Part shown: one piece after another, positions 32,119 through 41,909 of the stretch
Numbering within the stretch: the first letter of the stretch is position 1
Layout: each line of letters starts with the position of its first letter
Source: Methanothrix sp.
GTDB taxonomy: Archaea; Halobacteriota; Methanosarcinia; Methanotrichales; Methanotrichaceae
DNA length: 64,000 nucleotides
Assembly: GCA_963682135.1 (NCBI GenBank)
Contig: OY821645.1
Span: 1,440,001-1,504,000 of the forward strand
Direction of reading: 5' to 3'
The notes under the pieces: generated by a model
What the model saw: only the letters and a program-made list of their open reading frames with translations
Databases searched by the model: none
Told to the model about the DNA's origin: nothing
Program-made: the position numbers and the translations under genes

Positions 32119-32787
32119 ATGAACAGGATACCCACAGGAATTCCAGGTCTGGATAACATGATTGAGGGGGGTCTTCCCAGACCGTCCCTTACCCTTCTAT
32201 CGGGCGACGCTGGGGCAGGCAAGACCACATTTTGCACTCAGTTTCTCTGCAAGGGAGCTGATCTAGGTGAGCACTGCCTGTACCTGCTGCCTTTTGGCGG
32301 ACCATCTGATCTGCAAATCAATTACGCCACCAGTTATGAATTTGTCAAGAGCGCCTATTTTGGCAAGGAGATCTGCTACCTGGAGCTGGAAGAGATGGTC
32401 GAAAAAGCATGCCGATCGAAAGACTTTTTGGACATATTGGAGCGAGAGATGGATACGCTAAAGCCGACTCGAATCGTCATTGAAAACCTCTCCATTCTGG
32501 AAGGTGTTCTCAAAGACGAATACTGGCGTTTTCTCCTTAAATTGTCTCATATGATCAAAGCAAAAGCAGTGGTGACACTGGTGGCAGAGGATGCACAGCC
32601 GGGCATACCTTATCCTGCGAACATAGCCCAGGTTGCAGATGGAATTATCCTGCTGCAAAATGAAGAGATTAATTTCGCACGGAGAAGGTCCATCGAAATC
32701 CTGAAGATGTGCGGCACATCTCATCATTTGGGAAAGCATGCAGTAGATATATCTGTCAAAGGGTTAGTTGTTTATCCGGGTCTGTAA
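32119..32787 (+). CDS. KaiC/RAD55-family ATPase (single domain)
   Basis: RIPTGIPGLDNMIEGGLP, GDAGAGKT, ADGIILL, RRSIEILKM.GT.H. Confidence 0.9.
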   Translation: MNRIPTGIPGLDNMIEGGLPRPSLTLLSGDAGAGKTTFCTQFLCKGADLGEHCLYLLPFGGPSDLQINYATSYEFVKSAYFGKEICYLELEEMVEKACRSKDFLDILEREMDTLKPTRIVIENLSILEGVLKDEYWRFLLKLSHMIKAKAVVTLVAEDAQPGIPYPANIAQVADGIILLQNEEINFARRRSIEILKMCGTSHHLGKHAVDISVKGLVVYPGL

Positions 32788-32788
32788 T

Positions 32789-32998
32789 ATGACAAAATCC
32801 ATGCAGGATCTCCTAGGCCAGAAGGAATTCTGGGTTTTTCTCTTCGTCTTAGGGTGGGTGCTGCTCAACTGGCCATTAATCGAACTGGCTAACGGCTACG
32901 CAATATTGGGCATGCCTGCCATACTGGTTTATGTTGCCTCGATTTGGCTATTCTTCATACTGGCTCTGTACCTTTTCGATCGGGGGAATTATGATTGA
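32789..32998 (+). CDS. Small 2-TM membrane protein (SSS-associated)
   Basis: FWVFLFVLGWVLLNWPLI...ILGMPAILVYVASIW; sits between kaiC-like gene and SSS fusion with coupled stops and starts. Confidence 0.8.
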   Translation: MTKSMQDLLGQKEFWVFLFVLGWVLLNWPLIELANGYAILGMPAILVYVASIWLFFILALYLFDRGNYD

Positions 32999-35900
32999 TC
33001 GGACAGCATGTAGCTCTGGTTGTAATGGTCCTTTACCTGCTGCTGCTCTTTGGCATTGCTCGGTATGCTGATCACCAAAAACACCTGGGAAGAAGCATCG
33101 TGGCCAATCCCTATGTTTATGCATTATCTCTATGTGTATATGTTTCGGCATGGACCTTTTACGGCTCTATCGGAAGAGCGGCATCCACGGGCCTCGAGTT
33201 TCTGCCCATCTACCTGGGCCCCGTCCTGGCCATGACTGCCGGCTGGATCATAATCAAAAAGATGATCCGTGTCTCGAAAGAACACCGTCTGACATCCATC
33301 AGCGATTTTATTAGCTTTCGCTATGGGCGAAGCTACACCATAGGCGCTGTGGTGGCTGTGTTGAGCCTTATCATGGTAACGCCTTATGTGGCACTGCAGC
33401 TCATTGCCATCTCCACATCTCTTGATATATTGAGCGGATCGAACCTCATATTTCTGGGCTTTAATGTGGAAAGCAAGTTGGTAGTGGCCGTTCTCCTGGG
33501 AGCATTTGCGGTGATATTCGGAGCCAGACACCTCGATCCCATGGAGCGCCATGAGGGGCTAATTGCGGTGGTGGCCTTTGAATCTCTGGTGAAAATAGTG
33601 GCCTTTCTTCTTGCAGGACTCTATGTCGCTTACGGCATCTTTTCGGGATACGGAAATATTATGAGCGGGATGATCGACCTGGCAGCAAAAAATCCGGGAT
33701 ACGATACACTCATGGATATAGATCCAACGCTCTGGTTCACCTTGACTTTGTCCTCCTTCTTTGCCATCCTATTCTTGCCCAGACAGTTTCATGTCATGGT
33801 GGTAGAAAACTCCGATGAGCTGCATCTCAAGAAGGCCATGTGGCTCTTTCCTCTCTATCTTTTGTTGATCAATTTATTTGTTCCTGCAATCGCCTGGGGT
33901 GGTGTGCTCCTCAATACACCGGGTCTGAAGGATGCCTTCATAATAACCATACCTTATACCATGGGTCAGGACGCTCTCTCGCTTTTCGTGTTCATAGGCG
34001 GCACTTCTGCCGCCACGGCTATGATCCTGATTGAATCGGTTGCCGTGGGTACCATGCTGCTCAACGATTTGGAGATGCCTTATATTTTGGGCCATATTAA
34101 GAAGGATAGAAATCTGGCCAATACGCTTCTCAATACGAGACGGGTGAATATACTTCTGGTCGTGCTCTTAGGATACCTGTATTCGCGCGCTGTAGCTTAC
34201 CAGACACTGGGAGATATTGGTGTCGTCTCTTTTCTGGCGGCCAGCCAGTTAGCGCCCGCCGCGTTGGGCGGACTGTACTGGAAGACCGGCAACCGAAAAG
34301 GGGCCATGGCGGGCCTGGCGTCAGGCTTCTTGCTTTGGGCCTACACCGCCCTCATTCCCACAGTTGCGAAAGGTAATGCATGGCTGGGTGATTGGGTCAG
34401 AGATGGGCCTCTGGACATGTCCCTCCTCAGGCCTACCAATCTTTTGGGGCTTGATCTGGATATCTGGACAAACTCCGTATTCTGGACCCTTCTCGTCAAC
34501 TGCAGCCTGTATGTTCTCGTATCTTTGGCAAGCAAACCCAGTTCGGATGAAGAGAGCACCGCTGATTGCTTCGTGGATGCTTACCAGCAAGGGAGAACCT
34601 CCCACTTTCTGGATAAGGGAACGATACACCAGGGAACGGTTGATGAGCTGGAGGCAACTCTGGCGCACTATATTGGTGAGACGCCGGCCAGGAGAGAGGT
34701 CGATGCCTACCTTGAACGTCTGGGCACCAGCCGGGAGAAGATTGAGTCAGACCAGCTTCGGCAGTTGTGGGACCAATTTGAGAAGACGCTTACCGGTTCG
34801 GTGGGACCTTCGGCTACCAGGATGATTGTGGAAGATCATGTGACGGTGAAACCGGTTATGGAAGCGGCCAAGGAAACCCTTCCTGCATACGATCTGGCGC
34901 GTGGAAAGATCTATGTCGTGCCTGAGATTGCCTATGCGGTCTTCACCGATCAGATCACTCACGGCGTAGAAGGACTATGCATCACGCATGATCCCCCGGA
35001 GGATGTGAGGCAACGCTGGGGATTTATTGAGACACCCATCATAAAACTCTCCGACGAAAAAGGAAGCGATCGCTACATATCTCCCAGAAATCTGCCCCTC
35101 CTATTTGTGACTATAAAGTCATTCGTTGAGTCCAGCAAGAACAGCATCGTTCTAATAGACAGCATTGAGAAGCTCATCAAAGAAAATGAAGGCAAAATTC
35201 CGCAAAGGGAGATACTCGACTACGTCTACCAAATGGAGCTTTTGGCCCATAAATCGCATTTTATACTGGCGGAAGACCCAGATTTTGTCCATGCGGAAAT
35301 GACCTCAAGCATAAATGAGGTAAATGAGCTGCTTTTCTCGTTAGGTCCCCTTTCCAGCTATCTCTTCCAAGCCTTCTCCGATACCATGCTCTCCAGGCTC
35401 AACGATGATGCAAGAAGAGAGGCAGTTATGCAGGCCAATGAGCAAATAGCCTCAGGGCAATTCTTTGAGACAAGCAATCAAACAAAGCCGCTCTCTGATG
35501 ATTCAGTTAGCGCCTGCGAGCCGGATATGAAAGACGCCCTGCATTCCGGTATGTCTCTTAGTATCCGCCCAGATCTGGTGCTAACAAGACGCAGTTTCTT
35601 TGTGGCCGTGAGAAGGCTGGGTAGGATAATCAAAACATATGATCCTGCCTTCGACATCGTCGCGGCATTGGCAGAGCTCATGAAGAGTTATGGACGAAGT
35701 CCCTATGAGATCGCTCTTATTCCTGGGACCACTTATATTATTGCCGAAGAAAAGCCGCAAAAGAGCCTGGAGTTATTCAGCGAGTTAGTGAGGCACGGCA
35801 TGGATGGGCTGTGCTTGAGCCGCTATAATCCAGCAACCCTTAATGAAAGGTACAATGTGCCTGCAGATACGGTCATATGGTTGACGCAAAAGAGCGAGCC

Positions 35901-36174
35901 AGGATATAGAACTGTGGACCCGACTAACTTCCCCCGGCTCTCCAGTATGATCTCCGATTTTCTGGGAAGGGCCAACTATCCCATTATCTTACTGGAAGGG
36001 ATGGGATATCTCATCACCCAGAGCAACTACGAGACTGTGCTCCGGTTTGTTCAATCTCAGAGAGATGAGATCGCCCTAAAGAACGCTATAATGCTGGTAC
36101 ATATCGATCCACTCTCTCTGGACACAAAGGAGCTGCATCGTTTGGGAAGCGAAATGGAGACTTTTAAGGCATGA
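32995..36174 (+). CDS. SLC5 (SSS)-STAC-2xDUF835 fusion, putative solute sensor
   Basis: CrbS-like SLC5 region (LSLCVYVSAWTFYGSIGRA, FLPIYLGP, LPRQFHV.VVEN), a STAC-like helical segment (ELEATLAHYIG...EKTLTGSVGPSATR), and two DUF835-like repeats (GLCITHDPP..; GLCLSRYNP..IWLT..VDPTN..LLEG..YL). Confidence 0.85.
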   Translation: MIGQHVALVVMVLYLLLLFGIARYADHQKHLGRSIVANPYVYALSLCVYVSAWTFYGSIGRAASTGLEFLPIYLGPVLAMTAGWIIIKKMIRVSKEHRLTSISDFISFRYGRSYTIGAVVAVLSLIMVTPYVALQLIAISTSLDILSGSNLIFLGFNVESKLVVAVLLGAFAVIFGARHLDPMERHEGLIAVVAFESLVKIVAFLLAGLYVAYGIFSGYGNIMSGMIDLAAKNPGYDTLMDIDPTLWFTLTLSSFFAILFLPRQFHVMVVENSDELHLKKAMWLFPLYLLLINLFVPAIAWGGVLLNTPGLKDAFIITIPYTMGQDALSLFVFIGGTSAATAMILIESVAVGTMLLNDLEMPYILGHIKKDRNLANTLLNTRRVNILLVVLLGYLYSRAVAYQTLGDIGVVSFLAASQLAPAALGGLYWKTGNRKGAMAGLASGFLLWAYTALIPTVAKGNAWLGDWVRDGPLDMSLLRPTNLLGLDLDIWTNSVFWTLLVNCSLYVLVSLASKPSSDEESTADCFVDAYQQGRTSHFLDKGTIHQGTVDELEATLAHYIGETPARREVDAYLERLGTSREKIESDQLRQLWDQFEKTLTGSVGPSATRMIVEDHVTVKPVMEAAKETLPAYDLARGKIYVVPEIAYAVFTDQITHGVEGLCITHDPPEDVRQRWGFIETPIIKLSDEKGSDRYISPRNLPLLFVTIKSFVESSKNSIVLIDSIEKLIKENEGKIPQREILDYVYQMELLAHKSHFILAEDPDFVHAEMTSSINEVNELLFSLGPLSSYLFQAFSDTMLSRLNDDARREAVMQANEQIASGQFFETSNQTKPLSDDSVSACEPDMKDALHSGMSLSIRPDLVLTRRSFFVAVRRLGRIIKTYDPAFDIVAALAELMKSYGRSPYEIALIPGTTYIIAEEKPQKSLELFSELVRHGMDGLCLSRYNPATLNERYNVPADTVIWLTQKSEPGYRTVDPTNFPRLSSMISDFLGRANYPIILLEGMGYLITQSNYETVLRFVQSQRDEIALKNAIMLVHIDPLSLDTKELHRLGSEMETFKA

Positions 36175-36218
36175 TTTGGAAAAAGCCTTTTAATAGTTAG
36201 CGATTATAATTCGATGTC

Positions 36219-36461
36219 ATGTACGATGCAGGACTTATATTATTATTTGTAGTCATAGTCTTTGGCACATTCTTGATCCTGAGATCCATCAAGAATTTCG
36301 TGCTTAATGCCATAATGGGGTTGGTAATTCTTATTCTGGCAAATGCCGTGGCCGGTCTTGGAATTGGTTATAGCTGGCTGGTGATCTTGATCTGCGGCAT
36401 AGGTGGAGTCCTGGGTGCATTCCTGGTGATATTGCTTCATTTTCTGGGATTTGGGATTTAG
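36219..36461 (+). CDS. BofA-like small membrane protein
   Basis: LNAIMGLVILILAN...ICGIGGVLGA; three TM helices. Confidence 0.75.
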   Translation: MYDAGLILLFVVIVFGTFLILRSIKNFVLNAIMGLVILILANAVAGLGIGYSWLVILICGIGGVLGAFLVILLHFLGFGI

Positions 36462-36715
36462 AGAGAATCCAATTTTTCATTTACTGTTGAATTTATATCA
36501 TTAATATTTTGCAGCAGCTCATATCCGGAAGACGTTGTCTTATATAGCCGTTCTTCTTTGACAAGATAACCGTGCGAAGTCAACCATTCGAGGTACTGTC
36601 CTGCATTTTTGAAATTAAGGTTTACCTGGTAGACTATTTTGGTCTTACTTGATCCTTCTGTTTTGCATATATTGAGAATACCGCCAAGTATCTCTATCTT
36701 GTTTCTGCGCGTCAT
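36458..36715 (-). CDS. Winged-helix DNA-binding protein
   Basis: RRNKIEI..IL, SKTKIVYQVNLNF..YLEWL, YKTT..G. Confidence 0.85.
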   Translation of the reverse strand: MTRRNKIEILGGILNICKTEGSSKTKIVYQVNLNFKNAGQYLEWLTSHGYLVKEERLYKTTSSGYELLQNINDINSTVNEKLDSL

Positions 36716-36887
36716 CTCCTAATTTCCCCTCTTTAGTCGGCCTCCATACACCTTATTATATTAGATACTGATAAAACTTTCGTAACTTTGATATTAGGTA
36801 TTTTTGGTTCTGAATCAATATAGATATATAAATTATACAGTATGTTTACTGCAATGCATGTGGCAGGTCTGCTGCACTGAAAAAGAG

Positions 36888-37343
36888 TTAATTCGACACA
36901 CGGGATGAAATGGCTTTATCCAGTTCGTCTGCATCCATTCGTAGAAGTTCATCTCCTTGGCTCTTAAGTCTTGCCAGATCCCTGCGTAAGGGTCCCAAAC
37001 GCAGGACTGCATCCGGTTCCCCTGTCGAGGAGACCATCTGCTGCAACCTCTCCAGCCTCAGCCTCATTGCATCCTGCCCATTTAGCAATTCCGACAGATC
37101 TCGCAGGGCCTTTACAACGTTTTTGCCGCGTGCCGTTAGCTCCAGGTAATTGATCCTTCCTTCTGGTCGCGACTTGATCAAACCCTGCGCTTCCAGCTCA
37201 CGAAAAATGCTACAGGTATGAGGAAAGGTAGAATCGATACGCTTAGCGACCAGCGCCGCATAAGCATGCTCGGTCTCGTCCACAGCAATTAATGCTGAAA
37301 CGGGCTTTTCCCGGAGGAAAAGCCGCTCTAGTGGTTTCTGCAT
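36888..37343 (-). CDS. MarR-like winged-helix protein
   Basis: LFLREKP, AKRIDSTFPH, LEAQGLI..GRI..LTARG. Confidence 0.8.
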   Translation of the reverse strand: MQKPLERLFLREKPVSALIAVDETEHAYAALVAKRIDSTFPHTCSIFRELEAQGLIKSRPEGRINYLELTARGKNVVKALRDLSELLNGQDAMRLRLERLQQMVSSTGEPDAVLRLGPLRRDLARLKSQGDELLRMDADELDKAISSRVSN

Positions 37344-37366
37344 TATTTCTCAGACTTTTTCAGTTC

Positions 37367-38323
37367 TCAGGCATCCGCTTGCATTTGGATCTGAGTAGGT
37401 GTTATGACAGGGGCAGAAAGGGCCAGCTTTGGCAAAGTTATGTCTGTAGGCTTGTCAAAGTCATAATACAGATCATCCGTCACTATGCTCACCGATATTT
37501 CTCCCAGTCGGATAGACTGATTGAACATCTTCATCTGGCTTGTACTGGGATCCAGTCCACCTATGATCTCCGGTGTCATGGAAAAGCTCATGGTGCTCAG
37601 GTATTTCACAGGCAGGTAAGATTTCTTGGAGATCCAAATCGTCTTTTCTATCTTGCCAGTCTCATTCAGCTCGGTTCTGTTGACCGAGGGCAAGTACATG
37701 GGATACTGGGTAACCTTGGCAGCAATGGCAAAAGCGGCATTTTGTAGACTGATGTTATCCCCGCTACCGGTTACAATCTTCAATTTGTAGGCGTCTTCGC
37801 CACTGATAGCCTCCGAGCCGAGATCCTCGGTCGTTGACAGATTAAACGTCGCGGCTATGGCCTTTACCTGATTATTTTTATCAGGGCCCCAAACTTCTTG
37901 CATGGACCTGGGGTCCGCAAGATGTGTCCAATTGCCGCTCTCATCATATACATAGGTTGAATTTCCGATCTGATATACATTGGCACTTGTGGTGCTGGTG
38001 TTTGCCGGCTGGCCGGTCATCTCCATCTGGTTCTGAGTCGAACCGGTGGCATGAGCCTCTAAGCTCGACAGGTTTACAACGGCAACAGTCTCAGCGTTTT
38101 CCGTAATTGTAGTTGACTTATCAGCAGTTGCATTGCTTCCTGAATCAAGCTTTAGCGTCTGAGTCATTGAACTCTTGATGCTGTAGCTGGTCAGGTTTTC
38201 GGCTGCTGCAACAGACAGTGTCTTAAGCTCAGTTGCACTCTTATCGGCAACACTTGGACCTTTCTCCGTGCAGCCGGAGAACGCCACGACAATTAACACA
38301 AGGACTAGTAATAATCTCTTCAT
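37367..38323 (-). CDS. Lipoprotein (LolA/LppX-like fold possible)
   Basis: MKRLLLVLVLIVVAFSGC lipobox; IWISKKSYLPVKY and YYDFDKPTDITLP. Confidence 0.8.
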   Translation of the reverse strand: MKRLLLVLVLIVVAFSGCTEKGPSVADKSATELKTLSVAAAENLTSYSIKSSMTQTLKLDSGSNATADKSTTITENAETVAVVNLSSLEAHATGSTQNQMEMTGQPANTSTTSANVYQIGNSTYVYDESGNWTHLADPRSMQEVWGPDKNNQVKAIAATFNLSTTEDLGSEAISGEDAYKLKIVTGSGDNISLQNAAFAIAAKVTQYPMYLPSVNRTELNETGKIEKTIWISKKSYLPVKYLSTMSFSMTPEIIGGLDPSTSQMKMFNQSIRLGEISVSIVTDDLYYDFDKPTDITLPKLALSAPVITPTQIQMQADA

Positions 38324-38348
38324 ATTTTTCAGCTCCAATCTCAATCAA

Positions 38349-39284
38349 TCACGTAATCACGCCTGAATCTTGCTTGGCGGGCAAAAACTTTTCGCCTGTA
38401 ATCATCTCGAAGAGTTTGATATAGATTCTGCTTGTCTCTTGCACCACTTCCAGTGGCAGCGTTGGGATGGGAGGCTCACTTTGGCCGGCGTCTCGGGCCA
38501 CATAAAGCTGGTCTTTGTAGCCAGTCCGGCGATAGTACTGGCGCACATACTCCTTGGACAGGTCCACGAACTCGCCCTGCTCATAGCGGGCCTTGTCCCA
38601 GAAGCGGTCCTCATCTGCGGTTCCGTAGACATCGATCACCATGATCTGTCTCTCATCGTCAAAGGCCAGCTCCTTTTTGCCATCCACGTGAATCAGACCA
38701 CGCGAGGCAACGTTTCTGCCGATGTCTTCGTCGATCTTGAGCACCAACTCTCTGGCATCCTCATATTCTTGAGGTGTCAGGCCTGAGATCTGCAGTGCTT
38801 CCTCTTTTTTCAGCAATCTGTCCGTCTTCTCCAGCTTTGTGGAGACCTCGATGAAAGGCTCGGGCAGAGCCTCGCCTGAGTAAATCTTGTGCCCGGAGGC
38901 AAAGCCCAGATCCTTAGCCAGGACCTTGCCTTCTTTTACGCGGTCGTAGAGAGAGCCGGCCACAAACCAGCGGCAGATCCACTCCAGAGGTATGAGGTAG
39001 TTCCTGGAATTTGCGGTGATCTGCTGCGGCTGGATTATGTCCACCTTCTTGCAGATCATGCCTGCCGGAGGCAGGTACTCGATAAAGTGGGTCTTGATGC
39101 CCATCTTCTCGGCTCTCTTGAACCAGTACATGCCCTCTTTGCTGAGGGTCTCACCCTTGAAGGGAATCAGACTGGGAATGATCTTATCAAAGACGGAGAT
39201 GTTGTCTGTAAAGCGGAATTCCAGCCGGTCGCCAAGGTCGTAGGCCTCTTTGACCTTGCCCTTCATCAAAAGCTTGCGCTGCAT
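38349..39284 (-). CDS. purC: SAICAR synthase
   Basis: GKVKEAY, DNISVFD, GLIHVDGKKE, TADEDRFW, SKEYVRQ. Confidence 0.95.
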   Translation of the reverse strand: MQRKLLMKGKVKEAYDLGDRLEFRFTDNISVFDKIIPSLIPFKGETLSKEGMYWFKRAEKMGIKTHFIEYLPPAGMICKKVDIIQPQQITANSRNYLIPLEWICRWFVAGSLYDRVKEGKVLAKDLGFASGHKIYSGEALPEPFIEVSTKLEKTDRLLKKEEALQISGLTPQEYEDARELVLKIDEDIGRNVASRGLIHVDGKKELAFDDERQIMVIDVYGTADEDRFWDKARYEQGEFVDLSKEYVRQYYRRTGYKDQLYVARDAGQSEPPIPTLPLEVVQETSRIYIKLFEMITGEKFLPAKQDSGVIT

Positions 39285-39411
39285 CGCAGCCTATCTGACA
39301 TGGAAAGATGATAACACTTTTGCTTTTAGTACCAGCCAACGAAAGTGTGCCCGCAATTCGGCCTGCAATGTGGGTGATAGGAAAAATGATGATAAAGAGG
39401 TTAAGAGAGGT

Positions 39412-41061
39412 CTATTCCTCTCCGCCCATACCGCCCATACCAGGTGGCATTCCACCCATGCCGCCGGGCATGCCGCCCGCTCCGCCTGACTTGGAAGCGA
39501 TGACATCATCGATACGCAGAATCATGACTGCAGCCTCGGTGGCACTGTTGATGGCCTGGGTCTTGACCCGCAGGGGTTCGACCACGCCAAGGGCTAGCAT
39601 ATCAACCGGCTCGCCGGTGTCCATATCCAGACCAGCGCTCTTAACGCCCTTCTCATGCTGGCTTCTCAGAGAGACCAGGGAATCGATCTGATCAAGGCCA
39701 GCGTTCTCGGCCAGGGTCTTGGGGATTACCTCCATAGAGTCCGCGAAGGCCTCGATGGACAGCTGCTCGCGACCGCCCACGGTTGCCGCGTACTCGCGCA
39801 GACGCAGCGCCAGCTCTACCTCAGGGGCACCGCCGCCTGGGACCAGCTGTTTGTCCTCCACGACTACGCCCACAACGCGCAGAGCATCTTCCATAGCCCG
39901 GTTGAGTTCATCGACCACGTGCTCGGTTCCGCCCCGCAGGATGATGGAGACTGACTTGGGGTTCTCGCACTCTTCTACGAAGGTCATCTTCTCGTCGCCG
40001 ATCTTTCTCTCCTCGACCTTGCCTGCTTTGCCCAGGTCGTTCTTGGTCAGATCGTGGATGCTGGTGACAACCCTTCCGCTCGTAGCGCGAGCGAGCTTCT
40101 CCATGTCGCTCTTCTTGACACGGCGTACGGTGTAGATGCCGGCCTTTGCCAGGAAGTGCTGGGCCAGGTCATCAATGCCCTTCTGGCAGAAGACGACGTT
40201 TGCGCCGGTGGCCATGATGTCATCCACCATGCCCTTGAGCATTGTCTCTTCCTGGTCCAGGAAAGCCTGCAGCTGATCGGGAGAGGTGATCTCGATCTTG
40301 GCATCGACTTCAGTCTTCTCGATCTCGATGGCAGCGTTGAGCAGTGCGATCCTGGCGCCGGTGACCTTCTTGGGCATATTGGGGTGCAGCCGGTCCTTGT
40401 CGATGACCATGCCGTGCACCAGCTGGGAATCGGTAATTCCGCCGCCTACTTTCTTCTCCACGGTGATGTTGTCGGTATCAACTGATCCGTCATCATCCAC
40501 CACGGCCCGGACGGCTTCAACGGCCAGATTGGCCAGCTCTTCTCGAGCTGTGCCGGAGCCCTTGCCGGTCATGGCAGTGACGGCGATCTTCTTTAGAAAC
40601 TCGGCATCTTTAACAGAGACATCCACGGCAATGGTCCTCAGAATTTCCAGTGACTTGTCTGCCGCAGCCCTGTAGCCGGCAGCGATAACCGTGGGATGGA
40701 TATCCTGATCCAGCAGAGCCTCGGCCTGCTTGAGCAGTTCACCGGCGAGAACCACAGCGGTGGTTGTTCCATCTCCCACCTCGGCATCCTGGGTCTTGGC
40801 GATCTCCACCATCATCTTGGCGGCGGGGTGTTCGATGTCCATCTCCTTGAGAATGGTGACACCATCGTTGGTTATTACTACGTCGCCTAGAGTATCGACC
40901 AGCATCTTGTCCATGCCCTTGGGACCGAGTGTAGTTCTGACGGCTCCTGCCACAGCCTTGGCGGCCATGATGTTCGACCTCTGTGCTTCCTTGCCAGCCG
41001 TTCTCTGGCTGCCTTCCTTAAGAATAAGCACTTGCGCTCCACCAAATTGTCCTGCTGCCAT
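39412..41061 (-). CDS. Thermosome (group II chaperonin) subunit
   Basis: [26 protein letters not shown]-terminal GGM repeats; GGAGGT RBS. Confidence 0.98.
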   Translation of the reverse strand: MAAGQFGGAQVLILKEGSQRTAGKEAQRSNIMAAKAVAGAVRTTLGPKGMDKMLVDTLGDVVITNDGVTILKEMDIEHPAAKMMVEIAKTQDAEVGDGTTTAVVLAGELLKQAEALLDQDIHPTVIAAGYRAAADKSLEILRTIAVDVSVKDAEFLKKIAVTAMTGKGSGTAREELANLAVEAVRAVVDDDGSVDTDNITVEKKVGGGITDSQLVHGMVIDKDRLHPNMPKKVTGARIALLNAAIEIEKTEVDAKIEITSPDQLQAFLDQEETMLKGMVDDIMATGANVVFCQKGIDDLAQHFLAKAGIYTVRRVKKSDMEKLARATSGRVVTSIHDLTKNDLGKAGKVEERKIGDEKMTFVEECENPKSVSIILRGGTEHVVDELNRAMEDALRVVGVVVEDKQLVPGGGAPEVELALRLREYAATVGGREQLSIEAFADSMEVIPKTLAENAGLDQIDSLVSLRSQHEKGVKSAGLDMDTGEPVDMLALGVVEPLRVKTQAINSATEAAVMILRIDDVIASKSGGAGGMPGGMGGMPPGMGGMGGEE

Positions 41062-41275
41062 TTAATACCTCCAATAGCGATTTAGATCAAAGTGTGATAT
41101 CGGGTGTTTGAACGTCTATATGAAGGTGGCGAGTGGAGGTTCTGTTTTGTGGCGGCTGACGGGTGATATCAGTATCATGCGACGGTCACAAATGTCGCAC
41201 TTTTCGCTGATATTCCCTGCGAAAAAAAGTTCTCAGGGCAATTAGTCTTTCGGGCTCTTATCCGCTTCAGGGCTT

Positions 41276-41881
41276 TTATCCGTCCCTGGTATTCTGTTGA
41301 TATTTTGTGCCTAGTATGCCCTCAGAGCCTGGCGGTGTTACTATATAAAAATTAATAATCGTATTTGCATGTTCGTTTCCATCTTTAATATAAACTAACT
41401 TTACACTATACGCACCTGGCTTCCAGGTTAACTGCTTGCATTGAGCGGGACTGGCCGGGCCATTGGTAGATTTACAAATTTGATCAGGAAGCAAATCGAT
41501 AAAGTACTGGCAATCGCTCGAGGTATCATAAACCGAAGCGATGTGGACACCAGGACCATCGGCAGGAACGAAGAGCGTTTCAAGCTTAAAATTGCCACCA
41601 TCCAACAGGCAGATCGGGCTTCCTAATTGGGTAATACTAAGGGTGAAGCTCAATGGTTTGGAATTTTCGGCAAATGCGCCGTCGCCGGCAGGATCAATAT
41701 TATAGGGGTACATCACAATGTTTTCCCCTTGATGAGTTTGCTGTTCAGACTCGGTAAGAACTTCGCCAGGCATCGGCTGTCGGCTCACAACGCAACCTAT
41801 CCGTAATTGACATTATCTGGTATAGACCAACACCAGAAAAAGAAAGCACATGGCAATGGCACTTGCCGCAGCCAAAGTCAT
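41276..41881 (-). pseudogene. Secreted hypothetical protein, apparently interrupted by an in-frame TAA
   Basis: ATG 41881 gives MTLAAASAIAMCFLFLVLVYTR, then TAA (41813-41815), and the same frame continues into the 170-aa ORF 41276-41788. Confidence 0.5.
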
Positions 41882-41909
41882 GCCATCACGGGATTTTCGG
41901 GAAGGAAGT

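Noticed and set aside
25446-36461. Sporulation-named families (YtfJ/GerW and BofA) in an archaeon
   Set aside because: Both families are commonly annotated in methanogens and are unlinked here; no evidence of a sporulation-like system.
39412-39490. Short tandem GGCATG-type repeats
   Set aside because: They encode the normal GGM tail of the thermosome; not a CRISPR or mobile repeat.
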